From Eledone cirrhosa (taxonomy: Eukaryota), in the NCBI GenBank assembly GCA_964016885.1, contig OZ024745.1:128340001-128404000 (forward strand): a stretch of 64,000 bases of DNA, written 5' to 3'. Every line of letters begins with the position of its first letter. The first letter of the stretch is position 1. This document shows, one piece after another, positions 57,141 through 64,000 of the stretch. The notes beneath the pieces are model-generated. The model was not told where the DNA came from and made no database searches. It worked only from the letters and a program-made list of their open reading frames with translations. Made by a program: the position numbers and the translations under genes.

Positions 57141-58669
57141 GTTTTTGTATTTAAAACAGTAAAATTTCTGGCTTCATCACTATTTCTAGAACTTCACTGT
57201 TTTATCTTCTGAGTGGATCGTTTATTACTACCGTATATTCTTGCTGTTACATAGTGCTCAAAACTTATAGGATTAGTGCTGTATTGATCATAAGAAGTTT
57301 GTTAACATGTCTGTATTTATATCCTATATCCTCTTATTTAAGCAAGGTTTTAAGGTTTTAAGTTTGATTAAAATTAAAAAAGTTAACATCTCTGTGATAC
57401 ATCCTAGAACCATTTTTGTATGGTTTGTTTTAGTTTCCAACTTCAATTTCCATATTTGGATACCCCGCTCTTTATTCCCTGACATTTTATTCACCTTTTC
57501 AGGTGTAACGTTTCTTTTTTGCGTTACGGAAAGATGAGATATGGTTATAGTCCTGCATTTGAAATTTCCCTCATATATCATTGAAATGGCGTTAGTATTA
57601 TTGCGTTTACGTTAGCAGAATAGATTATTTCTTTCCTATCGCAGTTCTGTTCAAAGGGAGACAGCAATATGTTTTTCATTTGCGCCTTGCATTACCTTCC
57701 TTTAAATTAGTCGTTTAAGTCAAATATATTTTATGGAGGTTATGCAAATGTATCCGTGGTTTAATGAGGTGCATGTGTCAATGGTGGCTAAAAACATGTT
57801 TGCTATACAGATTCTGACAGTTAAAGAAAAAGGTGGATTAAACCTTGAGGCCTTTTTTCTTGTTTGTGATTTTTTGGAGTCTTATGATTGAATAGAATCT
57901 TTCCTTTAAAACCGCTATTACTCTGGGTTGTATTATAATGGGAGGCTGCTTTGCTGAATATGTCAGTGATGATAGGGCAGAGATTGTTTTGCATATGCCA
58001 TTAATTATATTTATGGAACCGATGGAGGAGTGTTAGGAATTCTTATTAATGTACTAGAGATGTTCATTCAGTTCGTTATATGCTTGGTATTTCACTCTTC
58101 TAAATACAATGTTACATTTTAAAAAATCCCTATGCTCATACCTATGAACGTTGTGATTCTGAGACCGAAGCCGTTGAAGGTGTAGGTTAAACACTTTCTG
58201 AATTTAAATACACTGTCAGTAAAAGATGGTATGGTCACGGTTAGAATGAAATGATTGATGATAGGTCTGTTCGATCAAGACTTACTTGGCGCTAAACAAC
58301 AACAACAACAGATGATGATTAATTCATAGTGATTATGATATGAGCCTATGTAAAGCAAAGTGAGATTTTTTACATATATCAAGAAGACATACGGAGACCA
58401 AAAATAGGCCAAACGGTGATTTGAATGAAACCTATATTTGTTAATATGATAAATTTGCAACACTATGGACGAGAGAAAGGAAACAGGTAAGAAGTCTAGT
58501 CTAAGTTTATGGCAGTATTTAGTTTCATCACTTTAAATAATGACTTCAAGTACGGCCAGAACCGACATTTCCTTCCGTCCGTCACTATGGTCGATAACAT
58601 AAAATACTAGATATATACTGTTTAGATTCAACACCAACACAGACATCGAATACACTCCCACCAAATACA

Positions 58670-58671
<2 letters not shown>

Positions 58672-58768
<97 letters not shown>

Positions 58769-58830
58769 ATACACACTCTCTCTCTCACACACTCTCTCAC
58801 CCAAACAGACTCTCTCTCTCACACACACAC

Positions 58831-58863
<33 letters not shown>

Positions 58864-59106
58864 GACACTTTCTCTCCCCCCCCCACCCATGCAGACTCTC
58901 TCTCTCTCTCTCTCTCTCGCACTCTCTCCCTCTCTCTCGCACACACGCTCTCTCACTCTCTCTCTCACACACACACTCTCTCTCACACACACACACTCTC
59001 TCTCTCACACTCCCACCCATACAAACTATCTCTCTCTCGCCCTTCTCTCTCTCTCTTTTTCTTTCTTTCAGTCTCATCATCTCTCTCACCCTCTCTCTCT
59101 CTCATC

Positions 59107-59139
<33 letters not shown>

Positions 59140-59222
59140 ACACACACATACACACACACTTATATGCACAAATACATACATGCAATATTTCTTCTCACAC
59201 GATTTCTCCTCTTTCTCTTTTT

Positions 59223-59284
<62 letters not shown>

Positions 59285-59635
59285 CCCTCTTTCTCCTCTC
59301 TCACTTTCTCTCTCTGTGTCTATTTATCTTTCCCACCCTCTCTTGCTTTCTCCCTCTCCCTCTGCCTCTCTCTCTCTTTCCCACCCTCTCTTGCTTTCTC
59401 TCTCTCTCTCTCTCACTCACTCACACTCACACACACACACACACTCTCTCTCTCTCTCTCACTCACTTACACACACACACACACACACTCTCTCTCTCTC
59501 TCTCTCACTCACTTACACACACACACACACACATATCCTCTCTCTCTCTCTCTCTCACTTACACACACACATACCCTCTCTCCTTCTCTCCCTCTCACTC
59601 ACTTACACTCACACATACCCTCTCTCTCTCTCTCA
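58672..59635. repeat. (CT)n/(CA)n compound tract
   Basis: Simple repeats. Confidence 0.9.
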
Positions 59636-60189
59636 TATCCTTACATCTTTCCACCATCCTTTCTTCTTTTATCTTCCTCTCACTCCACTATCATCCTATT
59701 CTTCATCACCCCCACCACCACCCCTCACACTCCCTTACTTCTCCATATTTTCCCATACTTCACACATTCTATGTTTCTCTCTCATTTATTCTGATTAATG
59801 TTGTTATTCTTATTTTTATTATTATTCAAACCCTCTCTACCATATTTTCTTTACCTTTTCCCTCTCCCCAAACGCCCACCCCCGCCATCTCCTTGCTATT
59901 ACAACCTCTATCCACAACCCACCCGCTTCTCACCCTGGCTGACATTAGATAATTGATGTTAGAACAACGATCCATCATAGCAAGGACTTCTGCCAGCGGT
60001 TGTGTCACCTTCAAAGAACACCGCCAGTCACGTGCCTAGCATTTGCAGACAGGTGCCCGTCGCTGACAGTAACGGAGGTGCCCTAAAATTATGGATGACA
60101 GCATGTCTGTCTTTTTCTCTCGTTCTCTCTCTTTTCTCTCCTCCCTCTCTCTCCACACACACACACTTACACACACACATACACACACG

Positions 60190-60221
<32 letters not shown>

Positions 60222-60247
60222 CCTACATATATATATGCATATACATT

Positions 60248-60305
<58 letters not shown>

Positions 60306-60309
<4 letters not shown>

Positions 60310-60959
60310 TATGTATGTATGTATACGTAGATATATGTATACAGACGTACAGTAGTATGTATATATATACATACATGCACACATATATATATGCACGTAT
60401 CGGTTTAACGAACATTTATTATAATGCTCGGTTTGTTTGTTTGTTTGTAAACAAACAAACAGACCGAATTACGCCGTACAGTGTTTAGGCACCACGTCAC
60501 CTTTTTGTTCAACACTGACACAGGAACGATGTACTAGTTTCAAGCTTACTAGCTATCGTCAGCATCGTATACCTTCCTGCCAGATGGTTGAACGTCTGAA
60601 AGTATATACTTTCCTTATGCATATTAACGGCTGAGCAGCCTAATTTGGATATCGAGTGAGTTCAGTCGGCCGGGCACACCGAAAACGATAAATGGAATAG
60701 AATGAAACGAAATTTCATTTCTCACTCTTAGTACGGCACTTACTTAAATGTAAGTATGTATGTATACGTACATACATATATGTATACAGACGTACAGTAG
60801 TATGTATATATATACATACATGCACACATACATATATGCACGTATCGGTTTACCGAACATTTATTATAATGCTCGGTTTGTTTGTTTGTAAACAAACAAA
60901 CAGCCCGAATTACGCCGTACAGTGTTTAGGCAACCACGTCACCTTTTTGTTCAACACTG
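60306..60959. repeat. ~210-bp direct repeat pair
   Basis: ~60306-60517 matches ~60751-60959, with a ~235-bp unique spacer. Confidence 0.85.
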
Positions 60960-61044
60960 CAGATGTTATTGTTGTTGTTGCTTTTATTGCTTTCGGAATG
61001 CTTATTGATTTGTTTTTGGCGTTGTTGTTGCTCTTCTTCTTCTT

Positions 61045-61878
61045 GGTGGTGGTAGTGGTGTTGATGGTGGTGTTGATGGCGGCGGTAGCCGTGGTGTTGA
61101 GGATGGTGGTAGCGGTGTATGGTGGTGGTGGTGGTGGTGGTGGTGGTGGTGGTGGTGGTGTGGTGTTGATGGTGGTGTTGATGGCGGCGGTAGCCATGGT
61201 GTTTGTGATGGTGGTAGCGGTGTATGGTGGTGGTGGTGGTGGTGGTGGTGTGGTGTTGATGGTGGTGTTGATGGCGGCGGTAGCCATGGTGTTTGTGATG
61301 GTGGTAGCGGTGTATGGTGGTGGTGGTGGTGGTGATGATGATGATGGTGCTAGTGGTGGTTTTGTGGTGTTGATGGTGGTGTTGATGGCGGCGGTAGCCG
61401 TGGTGTTGATGATGGTGGTAGCGGTGTATGGTGGTGGTGGTGGTGGTGGTGATGATGATGGTGCTAGTGGTGGTTTTGTGGTGTTGATGGTGGTGTTGAT
61501 GGCGGCGGTAGCCGTGGTGTTGATGATGGTGGTAGCGGTGTATGGTGGTGGTGGTGGTGGTGGTGGTGGTGGTGGTGGTGGTGGTGGTGGTGGTGGTGGT
61601 GGTGGTGGTGGTGGTGGTGGTGGTGGTGTGGTGTTGATGATGGTGTTGATGGCGGCGGTAGCCATGGTGTTTGTGATGGTGGTAGCGGTGTATGGTGGTG
61701 GTGGTGGTGGTGATGATGGTGCTAGTGGTGGTTTTGTGGTGTTGATGGCGGCGGTAGCCGTGGTGCTGATGATGGTGGTAGCGGTGTATGGTGGTGGTGG
61801 TGGTGATGGTGATGGTGCTAGTGGTGGTGTTGGTGGTAGTAGTGGTGGTGTTGGTGGCTGTGGTGTCGGTAGTGGTGT
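61045..61878. repeat. GGT-based compound minisatellite
   Basis: About 7 repeats of gtggtgttgatggtggtgttgatggcggcggtagcc.tggtgtt..gatggtggtagcggtgtat(ggt)n. Confidence 0.9.
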
Positions 61879-62084
61879 GTATACGTATCTCTTTCATTCT
61901 TAATAGTTGTCCATATAAAATAAAATATGGCTGTTCTAGATTTCATTCTTTCGTTGACTATAATGAAGGAAACAAAATGTCGCTAGTCAGACAACACTGT
62001 TAAAAGTATATTTATCGAAAGAAAGAGTGAGCCAACTGTATGTCAGTTTTGCAATGCTTGTTTTGAGTATACTTGTCTATACCA

Positions 62085-62650
62085 GTGTATGTGTGTATGT
62101 ACGTCTGTGTACGTATGTGTGAGTGTGTGTTTGTGTGTGTTTATGTATGTACGTCTGTGTACATCTGTGTACATCTGTGTGAGTCTGTGTTTGTGAGTGT
62201 GTGTATGTATGTACGTCTGTGTACATCTGTGTACGTCTGTGTGAGTGTGTGTTTGTAGTGTGTGTGTGTATGTACGTCTATGTTCATCTGTGTACGTCTG
62301 TGTGAGTATGTGTTTGTGTGTGTGTGTGTGTGTATGTACGTCTATGTTCATCTGTGTACGTCTGTGTGAGTGTGTGTGTGTGTGTGTATGTACGTCTGTG
62401 TACATCTGTGTACGTCTGTGTGAGTGTGTGGGTGTGTGTGTGTGTATGTACGTCTGTGTATATCTGTGTACGTCTGTGTGAGTGTATTTGTGTGTGTGTG
62501 TGTGTATGTACGCCTGTGTACATCTGTGTACGTATGTGTGAGTGTGTGTTTGTGTGTGTGTGTGTATGTATGTACGTCTGTGTACGTGTGTGTACGTCTG
62601 TGTGAGTGTGTGTATGTGTGTGTGTGTGTACGTATGTGTACATCTGTATA
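62085..62650. repeat. GT-derived minisatellite (tgtacgtctgtgtacatctgtgtacgtctgtgtgag(tg)n)
   Basis: Repeating ~55-60 bp unit. Confidence 0.85.
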
Positions 62651-63179
62651 CATTATATATATATATATTTACGTGAGTGTGATTTCGTATTACGAAAGAA
62701 TGAGCTCTCGTTATGTAAAGTAAGGTAATTTATATATGTTTGTCTTCCATACTGGTGATGAGACCTGTCAGGACTCATGTACAACTTAATCATAATGGTG
62801 AATATGTATTTTGCCAATAATGTCGATGAAACTGGCAGTTTTTTTTATGCCTTACTAATACTACAGACGAGGTGCCTCGTATATGGTTATCATAGGATAG
62901 TCATGCAGAACAGGTCGGATCTAGAGGAGTAAGCCTTGATCAAATCCGGCTTGTCCCATAGAATGAAGTTGCTCGTGTGACACGATCATCGGTTTAATTA
63001 GATGACCTCAGTGTCGTAAACACCTGTGGCTTCGTCGATGATTGACTATTAATTCGATAATAGATTGGTACAACTGCTTAGTTAGCGGAGAAATATCTTA
63101 TTACATTACATTTTTAAACCGAACTTAACTAGCAACTACACAGACATCCTCTTCTCCATATATTAAATATATTTTATCA

Positions 63180-63780
63180 TGTTTCGCTGTGACCCCGTCT
63201 TCTCTCTCCCTCTACCTACCTATTTCGTTACTATCTACTCTTCCCTCTCTTTCTTCGTCTCCCGTTCTCCCTCTCACTTTCACTCACCCTCTCTCTGCCA
63301 GTCACCTCATTGTTTCCCTCGCCTGACCTTATAGCAGTCCTTTTCTCACTTACACTCGCTGGGGTCAGTCGTGTCTTTTCGTTCGCCCACACGCTCTCGA
63401 ACTTAAGTTCTGTTACCGCTGTAGTCTTGGATTTGCTTACCTTAAGTTGCCCGCAAATTCCTCGGTTTGTTGTTTTTTTTGCTGTTTTCTCTTTTCTTCC
63501 CTTTCTCCTTTTTCCCTTCTATTTTCCTTCCCTCCCTCCTCCGTTTTCCCAATAACTTACCCAGTTATTGAACGCACTGGGAGTAGATATATTGTCTTTA
63601 AAGCTTTGAAATATCCGAGATCCCCAGTAGACAACTGATGAGGAACCCCCCCCCCCCCCCCGTTCTTGCTTTCTTATTATTCTCATTCCATTTTTAAGCC
63701 TACCTTAACTACCAACTACATAGTCATCCTATTCTCCATATATTTTATATATATAACATATATATATATAACATATATTT
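63180..63780 (+). mobile_element. Distant family H relative
   Basis: CT-rich body, then tatattgtctttaaagctttgaaata (cf. tatatgatttttaaagcgatgaaata at ~43793), then CTGATGA(63635-63641)-ggaac..gttc. Confidence 0.45.
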
Positions 63781-64000
63781 ATATATATACAACAGTTTTA
63801 TTATTAGTTAAGTTAACTAACCCATTTCTTGGTTATTTTGTAACCGGATGATTAGCTTATTGTGATATTCAATTGTGAAATCTATTTCGTCCCACATTAT
63901 GTGACGTCATTTATTATTTTTCATCCTCTTTGTCTAACCATGTTTTGTTGTTGTTGTTTTTTTGTTGTTTTTTTTGTTTTTTGTTTTGTTTTTTTTGTTG

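Noticed and set aside
60836-61903. 355-aa repetitive ORF resembling a structural protein
   Set aside because: It is open in several frames on both strands because it is a GGT-based minisatellite, and its start lies in a duplicated non-coding segment. It cannot be fully excluded without RNA data.

Overview
This is AT-rich, microsatellite-saturated eukaryotic non-coding DNA. The dominant SINE resembles octopus/cephalopod SINEs; that is recalled similarity, not a search result. No intact host gene is visible, and almost all listed ORFs are translations of simple repeats. Recognisable elements are: a 5'-truncated but frame-intact L1/Tx1-type LINE end in a (TCTA)n tract plus a decayed relative; mariner, hAT, CRE-like and RTE-like fragments; about 20 SINE copies; and a 13 x 64-bp minisatellite with a 4-unit higher-order pattern. 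The main unexplained signal is at least seven sequence-unrelated families of short (150-550 bp) non-coding elements embedded in (TA)n tracts. They share one architecture: a type I hammerhead ribozyme (stem I-CUGANGA-stem II-GAAA-palindromic stem III-UH-stem I'), often a downstream AATAAA, a conserved (T/C)GAGTRC box about 45-65 nt from a fixed 3' end, and a 5' end usually formed by an inverted fold-back copy. This fits non-autonomous Penelope-like/retrozyme elements. Several copies carry ribozymes on both strands, and others have lost one catalytic box in a recurrent way. All structures were read by eye; no folding or database search was run.
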